Positions 25,922-36,480 of a stretch of 64,000 bases of DNA are shown one piece after another. Position 1 is the stretch's first letter; each line of letters starts with the position of its first letter. The notes beneath the pieces were generated by a model, which saw only the letters and a program-made list of their open reading frames with translations, had not been told where the DNA came from and did no database searches. Position numbers and translations under genes: made by a program. The stretch comes from Centroscyllium fabricii (Eukaryota). Where the stretch lies: the NCBI GenBank assembly GCA_051313645.2, contig JBNRSN020000018.1:62372001-62436000 (forward strand). Direction: 5' to 3'.

Positions 25922-26535
25922 TATTATGTAACATAATACAGGTGTCAATAAATACAGGGTATGTAGTTGTCAATTAAAAGTATGAATGTTGAAACACTGC
26001 TAAATGAGCAAATGAAAAACGAGTTCATCTGCATTGGGAATTGTAATTCTTTTGCCACCATTCTTCAAAACTATTTGCAGCACTACAGTATTGGTGACAG
26101 TTTAGGCTGAATATTGAATCTGTACTTGATCTACGTATTTGCTGTTTACTGTAAGACAATAGTAGATATCTTTATGTACATTGTGCATCCATATTTTTGG
26201 GAATCCTTTTAGAAATGCACTGTACAGAAATGAGAAACACTCTGGTATATAATCTGCAATAAATACAAAACCTGTAGCTGTTTACTGTTATTGAGTACTT
26301 TAGAAATTTTGAACTAAATTCATGTCAATAGTAAATATAGTTACCAACAGATGCAGTTAGTTGATTTCACGCAAATAAAATTGCTGTGGTAGTTTTATTG
26401 TAATGCAAATATACTGTAAATCCTTTGCACTACTGAACTGCAGTACTGTCATAACTCTACGGTTTCTCAGTCACTGATAGAATTATTTAAATGGCACGTT
26501 GATTTTTTCTTATTTTTGTGCCCTTTGATCTGTAG

Positions 26536-26624
26536 ATAATCAGATAGCTGCTAGGACGGCTTTTGATGTAACGAAGCGGGTGCGATTTCTGGAGCTAAAA
26601 GAACAATTTGAAAAGGACATAGAG
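26536..26624 (+). CDS. TUBGCP6: TUBGCP6 coding exon
   Basis: tgtag| NQIAARTAFDVTKRVRFLELKEQFEKDIE |gtgctc; resembles human ...KREQFQRLKEQFVKDQE. Confidence 0.88.
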
Positions 26625-27410
26625 GTGCTCATCTATTCTAATTTCAAATGGAGAATTGGCTTGTTTAATTTCCTGTACGGTTCACTGTGTTTGCAAATTA
26701 TGTCTGTCTAGAAGAAAATCTTCTCTATCATTTAGGTTTACCTTGTTATAAAATAATGAAATGTTGTTGTGAAAATAAGCAACTTCATGGAAAAACTGAT
26801 TAGAAGGTCAAATACAATGTCAAAACTTCAGGTGAGCATAGGCTATTGGTCCAATTCCAGTACGGGATACTGAGCAAAACCACTGGCCTGTAAAGGCAAT
26901 GGGGGAAAAATTCAGTTGGTTGCGTCTTCTGTTAGCATCTTAGGAGGGCGCTAATGGGGGCACAAAGCAACGAGCGCCCCGGTGTAGCAAGTTTTGCGCC
27001 ACTCGGGAAATTGACTAGGCATTTTGCGGCGGCGCTAAACAATACTGCACGATCTCCTGCGCCAGCAGATCTTGACGTCATTCGAGAGTGCAATGCCCTT
27101 GGGGCGCCCCAGACCGGAAATTGAGTGGCGCCCCCCCTCCTTTCCGCCTCGCGCTACCAACTACAGGTAGACTGGAATGCATCCCAGTCGCTGTGGGGCT
27201 GTGGGCGTGCTATTTAAAGGGGGCCTCTTCCTGGATTTTGTGTGGTAGCCATTTTTGCACCACTCGTTCTGAGGGAGAGAGAGAGATTTGGAGAGAGAAA
27301 GAGAGAATTCTGCTTTGCGTCAACGCTGTCTGCGGTAGTTTTGGCTTCTGCCCACAACTTTGTAGATACTTTTGGTTTTTGACCTTCACAACTTTGATTG
27401 CCTCGATACT

Positions 27411-28197
27411 ATGGGGGCTGCAATGGATGGGGGCGTCGTCCTGCTCCATCACATTCAGAGGGCACAGAGACACCGCGAGTGAGTGGCAATCATGGTCAGA
27501 CGAAGGAGGGCCAACAGGCCTCTGTACAGGAAACCTTACCCTCCCAGGGTATTTCGCCAACAGTTCTACATAAATATGTCTGAGAAGCAGTGTTTGTGAA
27601 GGCTGCACCTCAGCAAGAAGGTGGTCACAGAGCTCTAACACCTGCTTCAGTCAAATCTGCAGCCTCAACTGAGGAGCAGGTCGTCTGTCGGTGGCAGTGA
27701 AGTTAACAGTGGTTCTCAACTTCTATGCCACCGGCTCATTTCAATCAGCTACAGGGGGCATCGCTAATATATCCCAGTTCGCGGTGCATTGCTGCATCCA
27801 TCAGGCGACAAATGCCCTCTTTAAAAGGAGACGAGAGTATATATCATTCCCCATGACCCCGGACAAGCAGCAAGAACGCACAATGGGCTTTGCCAGGATA
27901 GCGGGCTTCCCCATGATGCAGGGCGCCGTTGACTGCACGCATGTGGCTTTGCGTGCACAGCTTGAGAATGCCGAGGATTTCCGCAACCGGGGTGCTACAA
28001 AAAAACTTTTTTTTTCACTTGCCCAGTTGGGCAAGTGGATTTCTAAAACACTTGCCCGAACACAAATTTCACTTGCCCGAAATTTTTAAAGAAATAAATA
28101 AAGATTTCACATTTTCATTAAAATGCTTCAATATAAAGCCATAGATTGTGATTGTGCCTTTAGTTGCATTGGCCTGGTTTCTGCCCCCCTCTGCCAG

Positions 28198-28237
<40 letters not shown>

Positions 28238-29903
28238 CTGAACATTCTTCCCTCATTTACCAAACTTTCTGTGAACTCTCCGTAGGCCGCGGGCTCCCTC
28301 ACTCTCTCTCCCCGCCTACCTTCGTCCAGCAGCCGCTCCGTTTTTTTCTCTCCACCTCAGCGGTCAAACGGCACCGACCCACTCTTTCCGTGCGCAACTA
28401 GCCCGCTCCACCTAACCCGGCTGCTGCCCCATCCCCTGATTGACACGCCGCCTCCTCCAATACCCGCCGTGCCGCCTGGCCCCGCCGGCCAATCCGCACC
28501 CGCCTCCAGGGCGGGATCCACCCACTTGTGCTCGTGGCCTCGATCATCGAGAGGGCAAGTGGTTTTGTCGTGCCCTGGACTGTCCCTGGATTCGGTCTCT
28601 GGCTGTTCGTGTCCCTGGATTCGGTCTCTGGGTTCCAGTGTCCCTGGATTCGGTCTCTGGGTGTCAGTGTCCCCGAACCTCTCAAAGCGATTGAACCCGG
28701 CGCTCGGACACTCCCACCTGCCTGGAGGAGCAGGAATCCCAGCGCCTCTCCAAAGGTTCCAACTCGAAACGTCGACTCCACACCTCTCTTTCCCCCAATG
28801 CTGCCCCCCCCCCCCGATGCTGCTCGGCCTCCCCCCGCACCCGATGTTGCCCGGCTGCCCCCGCACCCGTTGTTGCCAGGCCACCCCCGATGCTGCCCGG
28901 CCCGCCGAGCCCCAATGGTTCCCCTCTGCTGCGGCCGCAGTGAAGTGAGTTGGGAAACGTGCCCTCACTTCACTGCTGGTTGGAGCTGCTGCGAGACGCT
29001 GAGGAATTGCGGCGGCGGCCGGCCGGTGTGAGCTATGATTGGCCGGGCGGGGTGCAGGGCGGAGTGCGAGAAAACTGCCGGGCTGTGATTGGCCAAGCTC
29101 GGGCGGGGCAGAATTGAAAACCCATCGGCTGAGGTGCGCCTGGCCCCCGCGCCAATCTGCAACCGCCTGCAGGGCGGGATCCACCCACCCATTCCATAGC
29201 CTCGATCACTTGCCCAGTCGGGCAAGTAAGATTTTGATTTTCTTGCCCAGCGGCACATTTTACTTGCCCCGGGCAAGCGGTTTTGTCAAGCCCTGCTAAA
29301 CGTTCAGTTGGTGTGTGACCACAGACAGCTGATACGCTGTCGGTGCCCACTATCCTGGCAGCAGCCACGATGCCTTCATCCAGACCTCTGTGGCAGACCT
29401 TTTCCAGCAACCGCATCACCCAGATGGTTGGCTTCTCGGGGACAAGGGATATCCTCTGAGCACCTGGCTGATGGCACCGCTCCGTACGCCCAACAGCCCA
29501 GCTGAGCTGCGATAGTGAGAGCCATCAAGCAACCAGGAACATCATTGAGCACACAATTGGCGTGCTGAAGCAACGGTTCCGCTGTCTGGACCATTCTGGA
29601 GGAGCCCTGCAGTACTCGCCTGAGCGCGTCTCCCACTACGTGGTTATGTGCTGCATGCTGCATAACCTTGCAATCCTCAGGACCCAGCCAATGCCACCAT
29701 GCATTGCAGCACCACCAGAAGATGAGGAGGAGAATGATCAGCAGCAGCACCAAGGCGGGAGGACTGTCGAAGATGGAAGGGCCGTCCGTCAAAGGCTCAT
29801 AGCAAGCCGCTTCTCAGCCCCTTCTGAGGAAATGACTTCTGCCATTGAGAGCAACCTGAATGAAACCAACCCGCAACTCCTAAGCCGGTCAAGGCATCAA
29901 TGA
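27411..29903 (+). pseudogene. Harbinger (HARBI1-like) transposase with stops, frameshifts and a nested insertion
   Basis: LNFYATGSFQ, GFP.MQGAVDCTHV, LNVQLVCDH, YPGSSHDAF, WLLGDKGYPL, R.IIE.TIG.LKQRFRCLD, CCMLHNLA. Confidence 0.92.
27988..29295. mobile_element. hAT-like non-autonomous element nested in the Harbinger transposase
   Basis: Right end reads cagggcttgacaaaac on the - strand, imperfect left end cggggtgctacaaaa; many acttgccc/gggcaag subterminal repeats; contains (CT)n and ~29-bp tandem repeats. Confidence 0.7.
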
Positions 29904-30833
29904 TGGCAAAAACCAAACATGTACATTTTGAATTTTAAAAATAATTTATTTTGCAAACTCTGTCAGATTTCCGCATGACAAACTAATAGAAAGAAACACC
30001 AAAAAAGTCATTAAATAACTGGCTCTCTCAACCTGGAGTTAATGTCCAAAACAGTTAAAGAATTGTGACCACGAACCTTGGCCTCTAATAAAACAATGAC
30101 CAACATTTTGTCACGCCTCCTACTTTTTGCCGTTCGACGGTGAACTCCTTCCCTTCCGCACTTACCCCCTTTCCACCCTACTGCTTCTCTGTAATGGGAC
30201 CCCAGTGGCTGCAGCAAGGCTGGTGGAAGGCTGCTGATTGTCAGAACCTGAGACTGCAGATACCTTTGAAGGACGGCCTCGACCAGCTCTGGGCCTGGAG
30301 GGCCCGGCTGCAGACTGCTCCAACGCTGCATGGGTGGCAACAGTCTGTCCTACAGGCGGGGGGCAAGTGCAGTGGAGAAGTGAAAGTGGTGGCAGCAGGA
30401 ATGCTGTCATCTTGAGAGAAGACAGCACCTCCCTGCTCGACCAACACACTGGCACTCCAACGGGGCAGCGCCTCATCATCCGGGGCAATCTGCTGGAGCA
30501 CAGATTGCTGGCCTGCTGCGGCGCGGTGAGAGCCCCGGGTAAATGTGTCCGAGGCAGAGAGGATGGCAGCAGTCAGTGCTCACGTGGCCTCAATCTGAGT
30601 CTGCATGAGAGCAGCCAGTGACTGCATTGCAACACTAACCATCTGTGCGGCATCCGCCTGTGCTGCAGCGAAGTGCTCCACACTCCTTGCCAGTGACTCC
30701 ATGCATTCGGGCAACCTTCCCACTGCACCCATGAGTCCAGTGTGCCTTTGCCCCGCCTCGGCGCTCATTTCAGCGAGGACCTGCTCCTCCTCTGCGTCCA
30801 GTGCAGCAGGACTCGATGACATACTCTCCCTCC

Positions 30834-31150
30834 GGGGTGGACAAATGCAAGAAGTCACACAACACCAGATTTATAGTCCAACGGTTTTATTTTAAATCAC
30901 AAGCTTTCGGAGCGCTGCTCCTTCCTCAGGTGGACAGACAGAAGAGACTGATTAAAAGATCACACATATCGGAGGAAGGGAGAAATCCGACCTCTTCCAC
31001 ATCTCACCCCAGCAGAGACTGAGAGCACACAAAGGCACATTAACATATTTTAACACCTCAGTCTGCGAGCAATGAGGCACAGTCGCAAGGGGGGTCGAAT
31101 GCTGCAAAATACACAGAATGATTTAAAAAAAGGAATTTCCTTAAAAGCGG
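30834..31150 (-). mobile_element. Penelope-type fragment inserted in the Myb gene
   Basis: Shares the terminal sequence of 47188-47285; interrupts ...GPSPP/PRRESMS; right boundary approximate. Confidence 0.75.
30898..30932 (-). ncRNA. Minimal hammerhead ribozyme motif (Penelope-associated)
   Basis: CAC-CUGAGGA-A-GGAGC(AGC)GCUCC-GAA-AGCU-U-GUG on the - strand. Confidence 0.7.
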
Positions 31151-31744
31151 GGGGGGAAGGCCCCCGAGTTTCCCTACTCCCATCGCGTTGCTGCAGACCG
31201 CTGGGTCCTGGAGCATCCCCCTCATCAGACCATTCCCGCCTTCTCCCCTCCAGGGAAGGCGTGTTCCCAGTGTGGGCATGGGCTTCCTCGGGAAAGGGTG
31301 GCGCTGATGCTCCGGCTTCCTCTTCCTCCTCGCCTTCAGCTTCCCTCCCACTGGCAGCTTGAGGGCCCGTCTCCTCACCTGGTGAATCGCCATCTGAAAG
31401 CAGGGAGGTACAAGAGTGGCTTTAGCATGAGGACAGGGTGGCAGCAAGGGAGGAATGAGTGCAGCCAATTAGTAATTTGGATTGAAAGTGTCAAAGGCTG
31501 GTGTTGTAAGGAACAAGAGGAAGGAGAGAGGACAAGAAGGTGATGACCTTTACCATTGCTGTCCAGAACGAGGTCGGCATCTCCAGTGGCGACGGGAACA
31601 ATCACCCGGCTTCCCACAATCCTCTGGACGCACACCTCCAGATCGCTGAGGGGTTGCAACTGAGGATGCCCTCCACCCGTCCATTGCTGCTGTCTCCTAT
31701 TATGCGAAAGTTTGGCCTGCAAGAAAAAGGATGGAGTGTTGAGT

Positions 31745-31937
31745 AAATACACAGCCATGGTCTTGCCTGATGTGCCTCCCATGGTAGAATAGCCCTTACA
31801 ATAAACAGCAATAATCTTGCCTGACGTGCCTCCCATGGTTGAATCACCCTTGCAATAAACAGCTATGGTCTTGCCTGATGTGCCGCCCATGGTTGAATCA
31901 CCCTTGCAATAAACAGCCATGGTTGAATAGCCCTTAC
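31745..31937. repeat. 54-bp tandem repeat (~3.5 copies) in the Harbinger Myb intron
   Basis: ataaacagc.atggtcttgcctga.gtgcc.cccatggt.gaat..ccctt.ca. Confidence 0.9.
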
Positions 31938-32849
31938 TGTATGCAAAGTGTGGAATGTGCAAGTGTGTTTGATGAAAGGGCCATAGGTGTTGGCTGAGTG
32001 TTGGGCATTGGGGCTTTTAAGACCCTCTGGCCATAGAGTGAGGTTGAGATGGAGGGATGTAGAGGTTTTGTAAAAAAGTCACTCACCCTGACGACCCAAG
32101 TGAAGTCGTTGAACTTTTTCCTGCATTGGAGATGTGTCCTGGGCACCATGCTCCTTGAAGAAATGAGCTGAGCCACCTCCCTCCACATTCTTCTGTACTC
32201 GCGTGGCAAATGCCTCCTGCCACTCTCTGGGTACAGAATGGATCTTCTGCACTTCACTGTGCCAACCAGAGCCTCCAAGGCCCGCTCGGTGAAGCGCTGC
32301 GCTCGCTCCCTCGCCCTCTCCATGGCTGTAATATTTAGGTACAGGTCTCTCCAGGCCGAGAATCAAGGCTCCAATGAGTAGAGTGTGGCTGGAGAGCAAG
32401 TTTGACCCTCCCCTTTAAGAACTGACCAGCACCAGTGTGTTCAGCCGGTAACTGATAACACCTGCGCCGGCGCTGTAAGGTAGCGCCTCGCTAGTCGGCC
32501 TTTGTGCCTTAAGAGAGGTGTGTAGCACCTGATTTAGCGCTCCAATCACCTCCAGGGGCGTTCAAAGCTAAGTTTGCAGTTGGAGGCGATAATTAGCACC
32601 AGGCGCTAAATTTTGTGCACTGCCCAGAATGGTGCCCCAAACGGGGCGATACCGAATTTTCCCCCCAATATCTTACGGCATTTATTGGACACAACTTGTA
32701 CAACCACCTTATTGTTTGGTTGAGTATTCAGTGTTTATACCTGTTATTGTAAAACTGAGGTACACATGCATTTATCGTGAGCCTCATTGTTTAAACAAAT
32801 TTTACATATATTGAAACCAATTAAATGGTTTTATTTTTATTTTGCTTAG

Positions 32850-32965
32850 CATCGAAATGCAGTTAAACAACAAGAGACTGAAAAAGATTTAGTGCAGGTT
32901 CAAGCGCTTACAGAGCATGAAGAAAAACGTAAAGCACAAGAGGAAGAATTGGAGAGAAGGGCAAG
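32850..32965 (+). CDS. TUBGCP6: TUBGCP6 coding exon
   Basis: cttag| HRNAVKQQETEKDLVQVQALTEHEEKRKAQEEELERRA(R) |gtaact. Confidence 0.9.
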
Positions 32966-33139
32966 GTAACTATTTTGTTGAAAATACGTGCAGAATATCT
33001 ATTTAAAGTTGGGAGGAAGTGAAGACTTAATTTGAAATTAGATTTTTTGTCTACTTACAATCCAATTGTATTACATTTTTTCTTGCAGTATGTTGTTCTC
33101 AACTCAAATAGGATTTCACAATCCTCTTTACTTAAAATC

Positions 33140-33920
33140 CTTATTAAATAATATCAAATCCCTTCTGGAAGTCCATATAGACATGCATAGCCACTCCCCT
33201 GTCTACATTATTAGTGACCCCTTCAAACTATTCAACTAGATTACCTGACATTATCCCTCTAACTAGTAGTTTACCACCATTCAGCCAATTTTTTTTATCC
33301 ATAGCCAGTTTTGCTCTGAATCCCTGCAGCTTTGAGCTTAATTAGTAATCTTTTATGTGGAACTTCATCAAATTTCTTTTTGGAAGTTTAAGTACGTAAC
33401 TTCATACAGTTTACCACAGTCAACTTGGGTTGTCACTTCCTCAAAGAAGTCAAGGAGATTGGTCAGGCAGGATCTTCCCTGTCTAATCCCGTGGTGATTG
33501 TTGTTAATTAGGTTGTTGTGCAGGTAACCCTCATTTACTCCTGGTAATTAATTCCATTATTTTACATGGAATTGAAATAAGACGAACGGGTTTGTCGTTT
33601 CCCATGTCTGTTTTGCCACTCTTTTTTGAAAATCTGTACCACACTAGCCTACTTCTACTGGTGCCTTCCTAATGTCTCTTGGCTCCCTCATAATGATAGT
33701 CGATGTCTTGCAAATCTCCTCATTAGTCTGTTTTAAAATTCTGAGATAAATACCATCTAATCCTGGGGATTTATCTGTTTTAAGCCCGTGCAGTTTATCT
33801 ATGATTTCATCTCATTTATTTCAAAAGTCTTGAATTATGCCTTGGTGCTCCCTTTTTTGGGGAGGACATGCTGTTCCTGTCTTACCTGGTGAATAGTTTG
33901 TAGAAGTAATCATATTTACT
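33140..33920 (-). mobile_element. Old CR1 RT remnant
   Basis: Decayed VYMDFQK / YLNFQK.FDEVPHKRLLIKLK / SPG.DGI motifs on the - strand. Confidence 0.65.
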
Positions 33921-34066
33921 GTCTTTTGATCTGAAAGACCAACAAAGAATTCACAACTAGATTTGATGGTCATTAAAATGTTTGCGTGAACTTGTGCAGC
34001 AGATTTTATGATTTATGTTGATGTGTTTTATGTGAGATTGCTCTATCTAACTATTGGTAAATGTGA

Positions 34067-34260
34067 TTCTTCTTCTTAGGCAGTCCCTCGGAACCGAGGA
34101 TGACTTGCTTCCACATTAAAAATGAGTTCTCAGGTGACTGATGAGTCCAATGTGGGAACTACAGTCTCTGTCACAGGTGGGCAGATGGTGGTTGAAGGGG
34201 CTTGGGTTGACATGTGCTCCTTGCACTGCCTGCGCTTGGCTTCCGCTTGCTCCCGGCGAA
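34067..34260 (-). mobile_element. RTE LINE 3' end
   Basis: PTCDRDCSSHIGLISHLRTH C-terminal motif and (aag)n tail. Confidence 0.75.
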
Positions 34261-34463
34261 GATGTGATACTGTGGAAAGGTGTACATAATGGTAGCAACA
34301 TCAGAGATATCACTGTTTCTGAAGTTCTTAAGATGTTAATAAACACCAAATACAACATTTATTTTGTGTTCCCTTGAGTCTGATCTAGATGACATATTTT
34401 GTGATTGGTTAGGGATCATTAGAGTATTGAAAACAAGTTTACATTTATTTTACTAATTTTCAG

Positions 34464-34602
34464 GCAACAGCTAATTGAACATTACAGCAACTTATCAGAG
34501 GAAGCAGCAAGACGGGAACAGAAAGCCCTGTGGAAAATTCAAAGGCATAAGTTAGAAACTGCACGCATTGACTTTCTCCTCAATGATCAAAAAAAGCTTC
34601 AG
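34464..34602 (+). CDS. TUBGCP6: TUBGCP6 coding exon
   Basis: ttcag| QQLIEHYSNLSEEAARREQKALWKIQRHKLETARIDFLLNDQKKLQ |gtagtt. Confidence 0.95.
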
Positions 34603-34711
34603 GTAGTTGGGCAAATGCTTGATTGTAATTTTAACTGTATGACTGTCAAACGTGTTTTCTTAATTTGTCTTTTGCTTGCTTGTTCTTAGATTAACTTTTT
34701 TAATGTCTCAG

Positions 34712-34834
34712 GCATTGCTAGAGAAGTTGCCACTGGGAGAACAAAGCAAGAAATCGGATGTTATTCCTAGATTGGATCTGCAGCATCTTGAACCATTGAA
34801 TAAAGGTTTTGATTCTCGAGAGTTGAGCTTTGAG
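34712..34834 (+). CDS. TUBGCP6: TUBGCP6 coding exon (poorly conserved; donor inferred)
   Basis: tctcag| ALLEKLPLGEQSKKSDVIPRLDLQHLEPLNKGFDSRELSFE |gtgcag; chosen as the phase-0 donor compatible with the next exon. Confidence 0.65.
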
Positions 34835-34864
34835 GTGCAGTACTACAGCTGCAGTTCATCTCCA

Positions 34865-35494
34865 AATCATAGAATCATAGAAATTTTACAGTGCGGATAA
34901 GGGCCATTCGGCCCATCCAGTCCGCACCGGCCCAGAAAAACTCCTCACTGTTCTAACCCCAGTTGCCCGCACCTGGCCCATAACCCTGTATGTTATGGTC
35001 CTTCATGTGCTGGTCCAAGTATTTTTTAAATGTTGTGATGGTTCCTGCCTCCACCACCCTCACAGGCAGGGAGTTCCAGTCTTCCACCACCCTCTGGGTA
35101 AAGAAATTTCTCCTTACCTCCCCCCTAAACCTCCCCCCCCTGATCTTGAATCTATGTCCCCTAGTGCTTGACTCTCCCACCAGGGGAAACAATGCCCCTT
35201 TGTCTACCCTATCGTGTCCCCTCATGATCTTGTACACCTCAATCATGTCACCCCTCCACCTTCTTTTCTCCAAGGCAAACAACCCCAGCCTGTCCAGCCT
35301 TTCCTCGTAGCATAGGTCCGCCAGACCAGGTATCATCCTGGTAAACCTTCTCTGCACCCTCTCCAGGGCAGCCACATCCTTCCTGTAGTGCGGTGACCAG
35401 AACTGCACACAGTACTCCAGCTGAGGTCTCACCAGTGTGTTATACAGGTTTAACATTACCTCCCTACTTTTGTATACTATGCCCTGGTATACTA
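34865..35494 (-). mobile_element. 5'-truncated CR1
   Basis: ORF 34953-~35490 LVRPQLEYCVQFWSPH...RRNFFTQRVV; (ctatgatt)n tail at 34865. Confidence 0.92.
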
Positions 35495-35905
35495 TGACTG
35501 AGTATTCTGTTTTCATGTGATGCTACCTGAAACATAGAAAGTTATACAATGGTATTTTAGTGAACAGTAAAATCATTTTTCAATATGGGTCCAAAATTCC
35601 TTTCTTCACTAACTATAGCAAAACATCAAGAATAAAAAATCGTTAATACAGGTTGAGCACCGTTAATCCAGCACCCGATGGTCTGGCAGCTTCAGTGGTC
35701 CGGCACGATTGGAAACCGGCTGGATTAACGGTGCTCAACCTGTATTAACGATTTTTTATTCTTGATGTTTTGCTATAGTTAGTGAAGAAAGGAATTTTGG
35801 ACCCATATTGAAAAATGATTTTACTGTTCACTAAAATACCATTGTATAACTTTCTATGTTTCAGGTAGCATCACATGAAAACAGAATACTCAGTCAGAAG
35901 GAAAA
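35495..35905. repeat. Fold-back duplication: inverted (35495-35720) plus direct (35719-35905) copies of the 36287-36521 intron/exon junction
   Basis: 35495-35720 is the reverse complement of 36287-36512; 35719-35905 equals 36335-36521; perfect 178-bp palindrome arms with a 46-nt spacer. Confidence 0.95.
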
Positions 35906-36028
35906 TGTTTCCTTTTTCTTCTCTTCCACCCCAAAAAACTTGATAATTGTTGAAAGCTAAGGAACTATGGGATCAAAATCTGTCTCTTTAATTTTAGCAA
36001 AAAGAGTGACCTATATTAAAAAGTCGCA

Positions 36029-36358
36029 CAGGTTGAGCACCGTTAATCCGGTACCCTCGGGACCACTGAAAATTCCGAACCGCTGAAGGTTCAGGGGGAG
36101 CGCGCGGGTAGAACGCTCCCCGGGGCCCGGAGCGCGCGGTAGAACACTCCCCGGGAGGGAGCCCGGGGATAGAACACTTACAGAACCTAAAAAAACAGAA
36201 ACCCAAAGCCCGACGCCTTTGGCGCTCGCTCACCCTTCGCGGGAAACGGTGGCGCCGCCAAGCGGCTGCTCTGCAAAATGAAGAGCGCCGGTTTCCAATC
36301 GTGCCGGACCACTGAAGCTGCCAGACCATCGGGTGCTGGATTAACGGTGCTCAACCTG
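36029..36358. mobile_element. TA-target MITE (caggttgagcaccgttaatccgg family)
   Basis: TIR caggttgagcaccgttaatcc / ggattaacggtgctcaacctg. Confidence 0.88.
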
Positions 36359-36480
36359 TATTAACGATTTTTTATTCTTGATGTTTTGCTATAGTTAGTG
36401 AAGAAAGGAATTTTGGACCCATATTGAAAAATGATTTTACTGTTCACTAAAATACCATTGTATAACTTTCTATGTTTCAG

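Larger units (their letters stand above)
30580..32323 (-). pseudogene. Harbinger Myb/SANT-like DNA-binding gene, 3 exons (32323-32087, 31716-31554, 31393-30580 interrupted)
   Basis: RFTERALEALV.TV..RR.ILYP...W.EVA..ISSRS..PRT..QCRKKFND |gtgagt...ttgcag| AKLSHNRRQQQWTGGG..L..L |gtaaag...tttcag| acidic linker, then coiled coil; phases consistent. Confidence 0.85.
26901..32666. mobile_element. Full-length PIF/Harbinger DNA transposon (defective)
   Basis: TIR gggggaaaaattcagt / accgaattttcccccc, 3-bp TSD aat; convergent DDE transposase (+) and Myb/SANT gene (-). Confidence 0.9.

Noticed and set aside
28357-29419. Several long GC-rich ORFs
   Set aside because: They lie in a GC-rich non-autonomous element; no recognisable domain and low stop-codon probability.
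27411-29903. Domesticated HARBI1 host gene
   Set aside because: In-frame stops, frameshifts, a nested insertion, and enclosing TIRs with TSD show it is a transposon copy.
31375-31962. 195-aa repeat protein
   Set aside because: The N-terminal part is the 54-bp intronic tandem repeat; only 31716-31554 is the Myb exon.
34130-34165. CTGATGAG as another hammerhead core
   Set aside because: No stem II followed by GAAA; it is the antisense of RTE coding sequence (GLISH).
35649-35742. Independent 94-bp mini-MITE with perfect TIRs
   Set aside because: Both apparent TIRs are copies of the right end of the 36029-36358 MITE, generated by the fold-back duplication.
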